Shown here: one piece after another, positions 40,508 to 49,828 of the stretch
Numbering within the stretch: the first letter of the stretch is position 1
Layout of the letters: the number at the start of each line of letters is the position of its first letter
NCBI GenBank assembly: GCA_035279405.1
Contig: DATEHU010000033.1
Location: 76,231-140,230 of the forward strand
Length of the DNA stretch: 64,000 nt
Reading direction: 5' to 3'
Source of the DNA: Gammaproteobacteria bacterium
GTDB taxonomy: Bacteria > Pseudomonadota > Gammaproteobacteria > Natronospirales > REEB76
Notes under the pieces: generated by a model
Seen by the model: only the letters and a program-made list of their open reading frames with translations
Databases searched by the model: none
What the model was told of the DNA's origin: nothing
Made by a program: the position numbers and the translations under genes

Positions 40508-42373
40508 ATGCTCAAGCTGGCCGTTCCGCTTCTTTCCCTTGCGCTTGTCATCCCCATGACTTCTGTCCTCGGCGAGCCGCCGCAGGCATCCAACAGCATG
40601 TACAGCGGCATCGCGATTCCGGCATCGAAAACACCGGTGCATGTCGGCGGCTTCCCGCCACGGGTTGAGCCCGCCGATCTCGTGCTGCGCGGCGGCAGCA
40701 TTGAAACGCTTGATCCGGTGCAGCCCGAAGTCCAGGCGCTTGCGGTGCATGACGGCAGGATTCTCGCGCTCGGCAGCGATGCCGCGATCGCGCATTACAT
40801 CGGCAAGCACACCCGGGTGCTCGACCTGCACGGCGCCTTCGTCACGCCCGGCTTCATCGAGGGCCACGGACACCTGCTGCAAACCGGGCGTTCGCTCATG
40901 GAGCTGAATGTCGGTCAGGCGCCCGATTGGGACGCCATCGTGGCGATGGTCAAAGCCGCGGTCGCCAAGGCCAGGCCCGGCGAATGGATCGTCGGCTTCG
41001 GCTGGCAGCAGACCAAATGGAAAATCGTGCCGCAGCCTAACGTAGACGGCCTGCCGCTGCCGGCCGGACTGGATGCGGTCTCACCGCACAACCCGGTGCT
41101 GCTCGAGCACGTCAGTGGCCACGCGGTGTATGCCAACGCCGCGGCGCTGAAGCTCGCCGGCATCACCCGTGACACACCTAACCCGGTGGGTGGAACCATC
41201 GTGCGCGACGCAGGCGGAAACGCCATCGGCATGCTGCGCGATACCGCCGACAGTGCGGTGTTCACCGCCTACGCGCGCTACCTCGCCACCCTGCCGCCCG
41301 CGGACATCGCCGCGCGCCGCGAACAGGCGCTGCAACTGGCGGTGCACAACGAAATCAGCAAGGGCATCACTACCTTCGTGGACATGGGCGAGGATTTCGC
41401 CACCGTGGACTGGATCAAGCAGCAGGCCGCAAAAGGACTGCCGCTGCGGCTGTACGTGAACATCGCGGGCGAGTCCGTGGCCGCGCTCAATGCGCATCTC
41501 GCGCAATACCGCAGCGTCGGCTACGCCGACAATCATTTCACGGTGCGCGGCGTGGGCGAAATTCTGTCCGACGGTGCGCTCGGCACGCGCAGCGCCTGGA
41601 TGCTCGAGCCCTACAGCGACGCGCCGGACATCACCGGCAAGAACGTCACGCCCATGGATGAAATCCGGCAAATCGCCGAGATTGCCGCACGCGATCAGTT
41701 CCAGCTCTCGGTACACGCCATCGGCGATCGCGCCAACCGCGAAGTGCTGGATCTGTATCAGAGGATTTTCACCGCAGATCCGGCCGCGCACGCGCTGCGC
41801 TGGCGCATCGAACATGCACAGCACTTGAACCCCGGCGACATTCCGCGCTTCGCCAAACTTGGAGTAATTGCCTCCATGCAATCCATCCATGCGTGCTCGG
41901 ACGCGCCGATGGTGATTCCGCGCCTGGGTGAGCAGCGCGCAAAAGAAGGCGCCTACGTGTGGCACGCGCTCATCGAGTCGGGCACCATGGTGCTCGATGG
42001 CACCGACACACCGGTCGAGGACACCAATCCGATCCCGAATTTCTACTGCGGCGTGACGCGCGGCTACGGCGCCGGGAGATACTTCTTCCCGGATCAGGTC
42101 AAGACGCGCATGCAGGAGCTGCGCTCTTACACCTGGAACAACGCCTACGCGATATTCGAGGATCAGGAACTCGGCTCACTCGTGCCCGGCAAACTCGCCG
42201 ACCTGGACGTGTTCTCGGGCAATCTGCTGACGCTGCCCGTGGGCGACATCCTGCGCACGCGCGTGCTGTACACCATCGTCGGCGGCAAGATCGTGTACCA
42301 GCGGCCGGGCGCGGAAAACTGGCGCAGCGGCCAGTTATTCGAACCCATGCCGGAGTTCAACCACGTGCAGTAA
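40508..42373 (+). CDS. secreted amidohydrolase family protein (Amidohydro_3 / YtcJ-like)
   Basis: I moved the start to the ATG at 40508 (MLKLAVPLLSLALVIPMTSVLG signal). The metal motif is PGFIEGHGHLL, followed by ...SVHAIGDRAN... and ...GTDTPVE. Confidence 0.8.
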   Translation: MLKLAVPLLSLALVIPMTSVLGEPPQASNSMYSGIAIPASKTPVHVGGFPPRVEPADLVLRGGSIETLDPVQPEVQALAVHDGRILALGSDAAIAHYIGKHTRVLDLHGAFVTPGFIEGHGHLLQTGRSLMELNVGQAPDWDAIVAMVKAAVAKARPGEWIVGFGWQQTKWKIVPQPNVDGLPLPAGLDAVSPHNPVLLEHVSGHAVYANAAALKLAGITRDTPNPVGGTIVRDAGGNAIGMLRDTADSAVFTAYARYLATLPPADIAARREQALQLAVHNEISKGITTFVDMGEDFATVDWIKQQAAKGLPLRLYVNIAGESVAALNAHLAQYRSVGYADNHFTVRGVGEILSDGALGTRSAWMLEPYSDAPDITGKNVTPMDEIRQIAEIAARDQFQLSVHAIGDRANREVLDLYQRIFTADPAAHALRWRIEHAQHLNPGDIPRFAKLGVIASMQSIHACSDAPMVIPRLGEQRAKEGAYVWHALIESGTMVLDGTDTPVEDTNPIPNFYCGVTRGYGAGRYFFPDQVKTRMQELRSYTWNNAYAIFEDQELGSLVPGKLADLDVFSGNLLTLPVGDILRTRVLYTIVGGKIVYQRPGAENWRSGQLFEPMPEFNHVQ

Positions 42374-42405
42374 AGGCATGAGCGCGGCAGTGCGCATCCA
42401 CAGCT

Positions 42406-43833
42406 TCACGCGCCCACGTGCAGAATCTTGAAGCTGTTGGTGCCGCCGGTCACGCCGCTGAGTTCGCCCTTGGTGCAGATCACGTAATCGCCGTTCTTCA
42501 CCAGCTCGCGTTTGCGCAGCTCGCCCACGGCGCTTTCCAACACGCGATCGGCGTTCTCGTGCAGCACGTCGAAGGCCACCGGGTACACGCCGCGGTACAA
42601 GGTCACGCGCCGGCGCGTGGCTTCGTGGCGGGTCATGGCGTAGATCGGGATGCCGGAGCTGATGCGCGACATCCACAGCGGGGTCGAACCGGACTCGGTG
42701 AGCGCGATGATGGCCTTCACGTCCATGTGGTTGGCGGTGTACATCACCGCCATGGCAATGGCTTCGTCCACGCGCTCGATGTGCTGTTCCTGACGGCGCG
42801 CGGAACGCAAGGTTACGCGCTGGCGCTCGGCGCCCTCGCAGACCCGTGCCATGGCCTCCACGGTCTTGACCGGGTATTTTCCGGCGGCGGTCTCCGCCGA
42901 CAGCATCACCGCATCGGTGCCGTCCATGACCGCATTCGCCACGTCCAGCACCTCGGCGCGCGTCGGCACCGGGCTCGCGATCATGGATTCCATCATCTGC
43001 GTGGCGGTGATCACCACGCGCTGCAGTTCGCGGGCGCGGTGGATGATGAGCTTCTGGATGCCGGGCAGTTCGGCATCGCCGATTTCCACCGCCAGATCGC
43101 CGCGCGCCACCATGACCGCATCGCTGGCCTTGATAATGCCGTCCAGATTCTGGATGGCCTCGGCGCGCTCGATTTTGGCGACGATTCCCGCCTTGCTGCC
43201 GGCTGCGCGCAACAGACTGCGTGCCCTTTCGATGTCGGCCGCATCGCGCGGAAACGATACCGCGAGATAATCCACGCCCAATTGCTCGGCGAACTTGACG
43301 TCGCGCAGATCCTTGTCGGTGAGCGCGGCCGCAGACAGTCCGCCGCCCTGACGGTTGATGCCCTTGTGGTCGGAAAGCTCGCCGCCGTTCTCCACGCGGC
43401 ACAGGATGCGCGCACCCTTGACGCTGTCCACCCTCAGGGTGATTTCGCCGTCGCCCAGCACCAGCAGGTCGCCGGTTTTGACGTCGGAAGGCAGCGCCTT
43501 GTAGCTCAGCCCGACGCTTTCGCTGCTGCCGGCGTTGTCCGGCAATTGCGCATCGAGCGTGAACGCCTGGCCGTCCTTGAGCGTGACCTTGCCGTCGCGG
43601 AATTTCTCGATGCGGATCTTGGGGCCCTGCAAATCGCCGAGCACGCCCACGTCCTTGCCGACCCTGGCGGACGCGGCGCGCAGCTCCTGCACGCGGCGTT
43701 GGTGGTCGGCAGCTTCGCCGTGGGAAAAATTCAGCCGCACCACGTCTACGCCTGCACGCACGATGGCTTCCAGCGTCTCCGGCTTGTCGGTCGCGGGCCC
43801 GAGCGTGGCGACAATTTTTGTTCTGCGCGGCAT
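42406..43833 (-). CDS. pyk: pyruvate kinase
   Basis: 475 aa. MPRRTKIVATLGPATDKPETLEAIVRAGVDVVRLNFSHG, then ...MVARGDLAVEI.... Confidence 0.95.
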   Translation of the reverse strand: MPRRTKIVATLGPATDKPETLEAIVRAGVDVVRLNFSHGEAADHQRRVQELRAASARVGKDVGVLGDLQGPKIRIEKFRDGKVTLKDGQAFTLDAQLPDNAGSSESVGLSYKALPSDVKTGDLLVLGDGEITLRVDSVKGARILCRVENGGELSDHKGINRQGGGLSAAALTDKDLRDVKFAEQLGVDYLAVSFPRDAADIERARSLLRAAGSKAGIVAKIERAEAIQNLDGIIKASDAVMVARGDLAVEIGDAELPGIQKLIIHRARELQRVVITATQMMESMIASPVPTRAEVLDVANAVMDGTDAVMLSAETAAGKYPVKTVEAMARVCEGAERQRVTLRSARRQEQHIERVDEAIAMAVMYTANHMDVKAIIALTESGSTPLWMSRISSGIPIYAMTRHEATRRRVTLYRGVYPVAFDVLHENADRVLESAVGELRKRELVKNGDYVICTKGELSGVTGGTNSFKILHVGA

Positions 43834-43890
43834 GGCCTAATTATGCGCTGTGCTTTTCGGGATTGCGAACGCGCGGGAAAAAACAGTTGC

Positions 43891-43945
43891 GAGTGAGAAA
43901 GTGAGGCCGTGACACCTCACTCCTCACTCCTCACACCCTCACTTC
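43891..43945. repeat. GTGAGG / CCTCAC heptamer-repeat element (copy 2), overlapping the pgk 3' end
   Basis: gagtgagaaagtgaggccgtgacacctcactcctcactcctcacaccctcacttc. The right arm supplies the last 9 sense codons and the stop of pgk. Confidence 0.7.
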
Positions 43946-45113
43946 GTTCTTCCAGCATCGCCACCGCCGGCAGCTTCCGGCCTTCGAGAAATTCAAGAAA
44001 CGCGCCGCCGCCGGTGGATATATAGGAGATGCGATCGGCCACGCCATACTTGTCGAGTGCCGCGAGTGTGTCGCCACCGCCGGCGATGGAAAATGCCGGG
44101 CTCTCGGCCACGGCCTCCGCCACCGCACGCGTGCCTTCGCCGAACTGATCGAACTCGAATACACCCACCGGACCGTTCCACACAATGGTGCCGGCCTGTT
44201 TCAGGAATTGCGCATACAGCTCCGCGGTATCCGGGCCGATGTCGAGAATCATCTCGTCCGCGCCCACCTCGCCCACTTTGCGCACATCGGCCTCCGCGCT
44301 CGCAGCAAACTCCCGCGCCACGACCACGTCCACGGGCAGCGGAACGCTCCCCTTGCGCGCGCGTGCCGTCTCCATGAGCCGCTTGGCCTCGGGGATCAAA
44401 TCCGGTTCATACAGCGATTTGCCGATCTTGTGGCCCGCCGCGGCAATGAAGGTATTCGCGATGCCGCCGCCGACGATCAACTGGTCCACCACTTTGATCA
44501 GCGCATCCAGCACCGTGAGTTTGCTGGACACCTTGGACCCCGCGACAATCGCCACCAGTGGCCGTGCCGGATTTTGCATTGCGCGCGCCAGGGCTTCCAG
44601 CTCGCCGGCCAACAAAGGCCCCGCACACGCGATGGGCGCGTATTTGGCCACCCCGTGTGTGGAAGCTTCGGCGCGGTGCGCGGTGCCGAATGCGTCCATC
44701 ACGTAGATGTCGCAGAGCGCCGCCATCTTGCGCGCCAGAGCATCGTCATCTTTTTTCTCGCCCTTGAGAAAGCGCACGTTTTCGCAGAGCACGGCTGCAC
44801 CGGGCGCAACAGCTACGCCCTTGAGCCAATGCCCGGCCAGCGGCACATTCACGCCCAGAAGCTCGCTGAGCCGGGCGGCCACCGGCGCAAGCGAAAGGGC
44901 CGCATCGAATTCGCCCTCTTTCGGTCGGCCGAGATGCGACATGAGCATGACGCGCGCGCCGGCCTTGAGCGCCTGCTGAATCGTCGGCAGCGCGGCGCGG
45001 ATACGCGCGTCGCTGGTGATTCGGCCGGTCTCGTCCAGCGGTACGTTGAAATCCTCGCGGATCAGCACGCGCTTGCCGCGCAGATCGAGGTCCGTCATCT
45101 TGATCAAATGCAT
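43917..45113 (-). CDS. pgk: phosphoglycerate kinase
   Basis: 398 aa. ...[15 protein letters not shown]..., ...[10 protein letters not shown]-type segment [13 protein letters not shown]. The C-terminus ...[18 protein letters not shown] ends inside the repeat. Confidence 0.97.
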   Translation of the reverse strand: MHLIKMTDLDLRGKRVLIREDFNVPLDETGRITSDARIRAALPTIQQALKAGARVMLMSHLGRPKEGEFDAALSLAPVAARLSELLGVNVPLAGHWLKGVAVAPGAAVLCENVRFLKGEKKDDDALARKMAALCDIYVMDAFGTAHRAEASTHGVAKYAPIACAGPLLAGELEALARAMQNPARPLVAIVAGSKVSSKLTVLDALIKVVDQLIVGGGIANTFIAAAGHKIGKSLYEPDLIPEAKRLMETARARKGSVPLPVDVVVAREFAASAEADVRKVGEVGADEMILDIGPDTAELYAQFLKQAGTIVWNGPVGVFEFDQFGEGTRAVAEAVAESPAFSIAGGGDTLAALDKYGVADRISYISTGGGAFLEFLEGRKLPAVAMLEERSEGVRSEE

Positions 45114-45137
45114 ATTTGCTCTTATACGCTAGGACAT

Positions 45138-45255
45138 GGTGAGGGTGAGGCCGCGCACTTCGTGCGCTGGTGAGGGAGTGAGGCGTGAGGTAAAGAAACT
45201 ATGCCAACAGCATCGCCACTCCTGCTCCTCACTTCCTCACTCCTCACCCCTCACT
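45138..45255. repeat. GTGAGG / CCTCAC heptamer-repeat element (copy 3), a long imperfect inverted repeat between pgk and gap
   Basis: The left arm ggtgagggtgagg...ggtgagggagtgaggcgtgagg is at 45138-45190. The right arm ctcctcacttcctcactcctcacccctcactc is at 45225-45255. Confidence 0.75.
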
Positions 45256-45256
45256 C

Positions 45257-46264
45257 TTATTTCGCGTTCCAGAATGCCAGCGCAACATCCAGCATGCGGT
45301 TGCTGAAACCCCACTCGTTGTCGTACCAGCCGCAGACCTTCACCAGCCGGCCCAGGGCCCTGGTCATCCACGCATCGTAGGTGCAGGACGCCGGGTTGTG
45401 ATTGAAGTCCACCGACACCAGCGGCTTGTCGTTGTAGTCCAGCACGCCTTTCAAACTACCGGCACTGGCCTTTTTCATGATGCCGTCAATTTCGTTCTTG
45501 CTGGCGTCGCGCCCGGCAAGAATCGTAAGGTCCACGATTGACACGTTGATGGTAGGCACGCGGATCGCGAAGCCGTCGAGTTTGCCGGCGAGTTCCGGCA
45601 GCACCAGGCCGATGGCGGACGCCGCGCCGGTCTTGGTGGGAATCATGGATTGCGTCGCCGAGCGCGCGCGCCGCAGGTCCTTGTGATACACGTCGGTCAG
45701 CACCTGATCGTTGGTGTAGCTGTGCACGGTGTTCATGAGGCCGCCGACGATGCCGACGCTCTCGTTCAGCACCTTGGCGAGCGGCGCGAGGCAGTTGGTG
45801 GTACAGGAGGCATTCGAGATCACGGTGTGTGAAGCCTTCAGAATGCCGTGATTGACGCCGTACACCACGGTCGCGTCCACGCCTTCGGCGGGAGCGGAAA
45901 TCAGCACTTTCTTTGCGCCGCCCTGCAGGTGCACCGCGGCCTTGGCCTTGCTCGCGAACAGTCCGGTGGACTCGATCACGAGTTCCGCGCCCGCGCTCGC
46001 CCAGGGAATTTTCGCCGGGTCGCGCTCCGCGAACACACGGATGCGGTCACCGTTCACGACGATGGCATCGCCCTCCACGGTCACGCTGCCGGGAAATTTT
46101 CCGTGCGCGGTGTCGTACTGGGTCAGGTGCGCGTTGGTCGCGGCGTCGCCCAGATCGTTGATGGCGACGATCTTCAAATCGTTCTTGTGCGACCCCTCAT
46201 AAAGCGCGCGCAAGATGTTGCGGCCAATGCGGCCGTAACCGTTAATGCCAATCTTGACAGCCAT
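45257..46264 (-). CDS. gap: type I glyceraldehyde-3-phosphate dehydrogenase
   Basis: 335 aa. [20 protein letters not shown] with the active site [12 protein letters not shown]. Confidence 0.97.
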   Translation of the reverse strand: MAVKIGINGYGRIGRNILRALYEGSHKNDLKIVAINDLGDAATNAHLTQYDTAHGKFPGSVTVEGDAIVVNGDRIRVFAERDPAKIPWASAGAELVIESTGLFASKAKAAVHLQGGAKKVLISAPAEGVDATVVYGVNHGILKASHTVISNASCTTNCLAPLAKVLNESVGIVGGLMNTVHSYTNDQVLTDVYHKDLRRARSATQSMIPTKTGAASAIGLVLPELAGKLDGFAIRVPTINVSIVDLTILAGRDASKNEIDGIMKKASAGSLKGVLDYNDKPLVSVDFNHNPASCTYDAWMTRALGRLVKVCGWYDNEWGFSNRMLDVALAFWNAK

Positions 46265-46376
46265 CGTCTTGCTCCTTGTCAGTCAGTTCATTCTGAAATC
46301 ACGTGCTGCGTACTGAGTGCTGCGTCAAAGTCAAAGCTTCTTGCGCAGCCCGCGGCACCGGGCACCCAGTACCTTC

Positions 46377-48377
46377 TCATTGGCCGAGCGCCGCCTTCAC
46401 ATTCGCGACGACGTTCTCCACGGTGAAACCAAATTCCTTGAAGACCTCTTCGCCCGGCGCCGAAGCGCCGTAATGGTCAATCCCGACCACGCGTCCTCGG
46501 TCACCCACGTAGCGCGGCCAGAATCCGGTGACTCCAGCTTCCACTGCCACGCGCGCCGTGACCGCTCGCGGCAACACGTATTCGTGCCAGTCCTTGTCCT
46601 GGACGTCGAACACACTGGTGCAGGGCATCGAGACCACGCGTACGCGCAGTTTTTGTTTGGCGAGTTCCCTGGCGGCGTTCACCGCGAGGCCCACTTCCGA
46701 GCCGGTGGCGATGAGGATGGCATCCGGCGCACCTTCGGTATCCACCAATATATAGGCGCCGCGGCGGATGTCGCGCACCTGCGCCGTGCTGCGCGTCTGG
46801 TGCGGCAGACTCTGGCGCGAGAGCGCGAGCGCGGTGGGTCCCCGGCGGCGTTCGATGGCGGCTTGCCAGGCCACCGCGGTTTCGACGTCGTCACAGGGGC
46901 GCCAGAGTTCCAGGCCCGGCATGAGGCGCAGACTTGCCAGATGTTCGATGGGCTGGTGCGTGGGGCCGTCGCCGCCGAGCCCGATGGAATCGTGCGTATA
47001 TATAAGAATGCTGCCCGCGCCCATGAACGAGGCCAGGCGTACCGCATTGCGGGCGTAATCGGAAAACGTCAGGAACGTGCCGCCATAGGGGATCAGCCCG
47101 CCATGCAGCGCCATCGCATTGAGGATCGTGGTCATGGAAAACTCGCGCACGCCGAAGTGCAGGTAGTTGCCGTCGAAATTGTCGCGGCTGATGACACGCG
47201 AACCTTTCCAGAAGGTATCGTTGGACTCGGTGAGATCCGCCGAGCCGCCGACCAGCTCGGGCAGCAACGGTCCGAAGGCGTTGAGCGCCTGCTGCGATGC
47301 CTTGCGCGTCGCCATGTCGGCACCCTTGGCGGCAATCCCGGTCACCACCTGTTCCGCCTGTTTGGTCCAGTTCTCCGGCAGCCGCCCGGCCGCGCGGCGT
47401 TCGAACTCGGCCGCCAGTTCCGGATATGACTTGCGGTATTCCGCGAACAGCTTGTTCCAGTTGTCCTCGAAAGCCCGGCCGCGCGCCTTGGCGTCCCACG
47501 CGGCGTAATATTCCTTCGGAATCTCGAACGGCGGATATTTCCAGCCGAGCGCGACGCGCGCGGCCGCGACTTCCTCGGCGCCGAGCGCCGAGCCGTGACA
47601 CGCCGCCGTGCCCTGCTTGTGCGGGGCGCCGTAACCGATGATGGTCTTGCAGCAGAGGATCGAGGGGCGATCGGTGACCGCACGCGCCTCTTCGATCGCG
47701 CGCTTGACCGCCGCGCCGTCCATGCCGTCCACGTTGCGCACCGCGTGCCAGCCATAGGCTTCGAAACGCTTGGGCACATCGTCCGTGAACCAGCCCTTCA
47801 CGTGCCCGTCGATGGAAATGCCGTTGTCATCGTAAAACGCGATCAACTTGCCCAAGCCGAGCGTGCCCGCAAGCGAGCAGGCGCCGTGCGAGATTTCCTC
47901 CATCAGGCAGCCGTCGCCGCAAAACACATAGGTGTGATGGTCCACGATCTTGAAGCCGGGGCGGTTGAATTGCTGCGCCAGCAACCGTTCCGCAAGCGCA
48001 AATCCCACGGCGTTGCCCAAGCCCTGGCCGAGCGGCCCGGTGGTGGTCTCCACGCCGGGCGTGACGCCGTACTCGGGATGGCCCGGAGTTTTCGAATGCA
48101 ACTGCCGCAGGCGCTCGATCTCGGCCATCGGCAGGTCGTAGCCCGAGAGATGCAGCGCCGCGTACTGCAGCATGCAGCCGTGGCCGTTCGAGAGCAGAAA
48201 CCGGTCGCGGTCCGGCCAGTGGGGATCGGCGGGATTGTGCTTCAGGTAATCGTTCCACAGCACTTCGGCGATGTCCGCCATGCCCATGGGCATGCCGGGA
48301 TGACCGGATTTGGCGCGCTCCACCGCATCCATGGCAAGCACGCGAATGCAATTTGCGAGTTCGCGGCGAGAGGACAT
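46377..48377 (-). CDS. tkt: transketolase
   Basis: I moved the start to the ATG at 48377. [41 protein letters not shown] parallels the E. coli TktA N-terminus. The track ORF begins 4 codons earlier. Confidence 0.97.
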   Translation of the reverse strand: MSSRRELANCIRVLAMDAVERAKSGHPGMPMGMADIAEVLWNDYLKHNPADPHWPDRDRFLLSNGHGCMLQYAALHLSGYDLPMAEIERLRQLHSKTPGHPEYGVTPGVETTTGPLGQGLGNAVGFALAERLLAQQFNRPGFKIVDHHTYVFCGDGCLMEEISHGACSLAGTLGLGKLIAFYDDNGISIDGHVKGWFTDDVPKRFEAYGWHAVRNVDGMDGAAVKRAIEEARAVTDRPSILCCKTIIGYGAPHKQGTAACHGSALGAEEVAAARVALGWKYPPFEIPKEYYAAWDAKARGRAFEDNWNKLFAEYRKSYPELAAEFERRAAGRLPENWTKQAEQVVTGIAAKGADMATRKASQQALNAFGPLLPELVGGSADLTESNDTFWKGSRVISRDNFDGNYLHFGVREFSMTTILNAMALHGGLIPYGGTFLTFSDYARNAVRLASFMGAGSILIYTHDSIGLGGDGPTHQPIEHLASLRLMPGLELWRPCDDVETAVAWQAAIERRRGPTALALSRQSLPHQTRSTAQVRDIRRGAYILVDTEGAPDAILIATGSEVGLAVNAARELAKQKLRVRVVSMPCTSVFDVQDKDWHEYVLPRAVTARVAVEAGVTGFWPRYVGDRGRVVGIDHYGASAPGEEVFKEFGFTVENVVANVKAALGQ

Positions 48378-48480
48378 TGGAATCTCCACTCAGGCAGGGT
48401 GTCTATTTTCGCGCACGTCGCACTCAGGTACAACTCGACCGCGTAAAATGTCGTCCGTTGTAAAGTGAGGCGACCTTGCC

Positions 48481-48936
48481 TTGAGCAAGCCATATCAACA
48501 GGAACTCGAAGTGCGCTGGGCTGATCTCGACCCCAACGGCCACATGCGCCACACCGCCTACATGGACTGCGCGGCGCAGGCGCGCGTCGGTTTCCTGAAC
48601 GCCGACGGCTTCACGCTGGAGCGCTTCCGCGCACTCGGCATCGGCCCGGTGCTGTTCCGCGAGGAAGCCCAGTACCTGCGCGAAGTGCGCGCCAACGAGC
48701 GCCTGCGCGTCACCACGGAGATCGCGGGGCTCTCGCCCAACCGCAAGCACTGGCGCATCCGCCACCAGATTTTCAAGGCGGACGGCGAACTCGCCTGCGT
48801 GGTAAACGTACAGGGCGCGTGGCTGGACCTGAGGGCGCGCAAAATCGTGCCGTCGCCCGCGGAGCTGACCCAGGCGATGGAGAAGGTCCCGCGCACCCAG
48901 GATTTTGCCGAGTTCGAGCCCCGCAAGCCCGCGTGA
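48481..48936 (+). CDS. acyl-CoA thioesterase, 4HBT/YbgC-like hotdog fold
   Basis: 151 aa with a TTG start in the track. ELEVRWADLDPNGHMRHTAYMDCAAQARVGFL fits the 4HBT N-terminal pattern. Confidence 0.7.
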   Translation: MSKPYQQELEVRWADLDPNGHMRHTAYMDCAAQARVGFLNADGFTLERFRALGIGPVLFREEAQYLREVRANERLRVTTEIAGLSPNRKHWRIRHQIFKADGELACVVNVQGAWLDLRARKIVPSPAELTQAMEKVPRTQDFAEFEPRKPA

Positions 48937-48976
48937 TTCGCGTTTCCAGCGTCGCCATTGATGTGGAGAAGCCCCG

Positions 48977-49160
48977 CAAATCCCCCCTCACCCCCCTTTT
49001 CCAAAGTGGGGCACGCCGCAGTAGAACGTGCCGATACAACACCGCGCTTCGCCCCCCCTTTTTGCAAAGGGGACGCTGCAGCAAGATGTGCCAATCCAGC
49101 GCGGCGATTCCCCTTCCCCCCTTTGCAAAGGGGGGCGCGCCGCAGGCGCGGGGGGATTTG
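48977..49160. repeat. MITE/REP-like element with CAAATCCCCCC ... GGGGGGATTTG inverted termini, built from three imperfect tandem units of about 60 bp (copy B)
   Basis: The units lie at roughly 48981-49040, 49041-49100 and 49101-49160. Each contains a CCCC-TTT-(G)CAAA-GGGG palindrome followed by gc(c)gcag. Track ORFs here (for example 48558-49205 minus) translate to the typical ...KGG..GGF repeat peptides. Confidence 0.75.
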
Positions 49161-49324
49161 ACGCCGCGGCACCAGCAAGACCGAGCTGTTCCTGCTGCCA
49201 GCCATTCAGGTGTTCCCTTCCGGCGAGTACGCCTGAAGATTAAGCAAACTTAATGCACGAGTTCGTGCGAAACAGGCAACAGCAACTAAACTTGATTTTC
49301 CCGCGCCGCTTCAAGAGGCGAACC

Positions 49325-49810
49325 ATGCCGTTACGCAGCCTGCTGCTTTGCCTCTGCCTTGCGCCCGTGAGTGGCGTATTTGCCGGGACAGCGCCGCCGC
49401 CCGCCGCGGCGTCCGCCACCGTAGCCCTGCACGTCACTTACCAGGTCACGGAAAAACCCGCGAAATGTCCCGCGGGAATGCATCCGCAAGGTGGCTGCGT
49501 GTGGTTGATCGGCACAACACTCGAATCCGCCGCCCGCTGGCCCGAAATGCGCCGGCTTGCGATTGTGGATGCTCCCGCGCCGGGGCTGCCCGCAGGTTGC
49601 GACACCGCCACCAGCAGCGGCGTACTCTACGGCAAACACGGGAATGTTCATTTCAAAGGCAGGGGCTATTACTGTCCGAAAACCGACACCGCCTTGTACC
49701 GCTACACTCTCGACGCAGCGCAGGCGAAGCGTCATGACCTGCCCGTGCATGGCACGATCCGTTACACCGGCAGCAGCAACTCCGAGATCTTTGCGTCTTC
49801 CGACCAATAA
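49325..49810 (+). CDS. secreted protein of unknown function
   Basis: I moved the start to the ATG at 49325 (MPLRSLLLCLCLAPVSGVFAG signal peptide). The mature part has four Cys. I recognise no family. Confidence 0.5.
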   Translation: MPLRSLLLCLCLAPVSGVFAGTAPPPAAASATVALHVTYQVTEKPAKCPAGMHPQGGCVWLIGTTLESAARWPEMRRLAIVDAPAPGLPAGCDTATSSGVLYGKHGNVHFKGRGYYCPKTDTALYRYTLDAAQAKRHDLPVHGTIRYTGSSNSEIFASSDQ

Positions 49811-49828
49811 CATCACGAGGGTCCAGCC

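Noticed and set aside
48977-49160. Tandem ~60-bp repeats considered as a possible CRISPR array
   Set aside because: The units are contiguous and imperfect, with no unique spacers. There is no leader and there are no cas genes. The block has inverted termini and a homologue at 5392-5613, so it behaves like a REP/MITE element.
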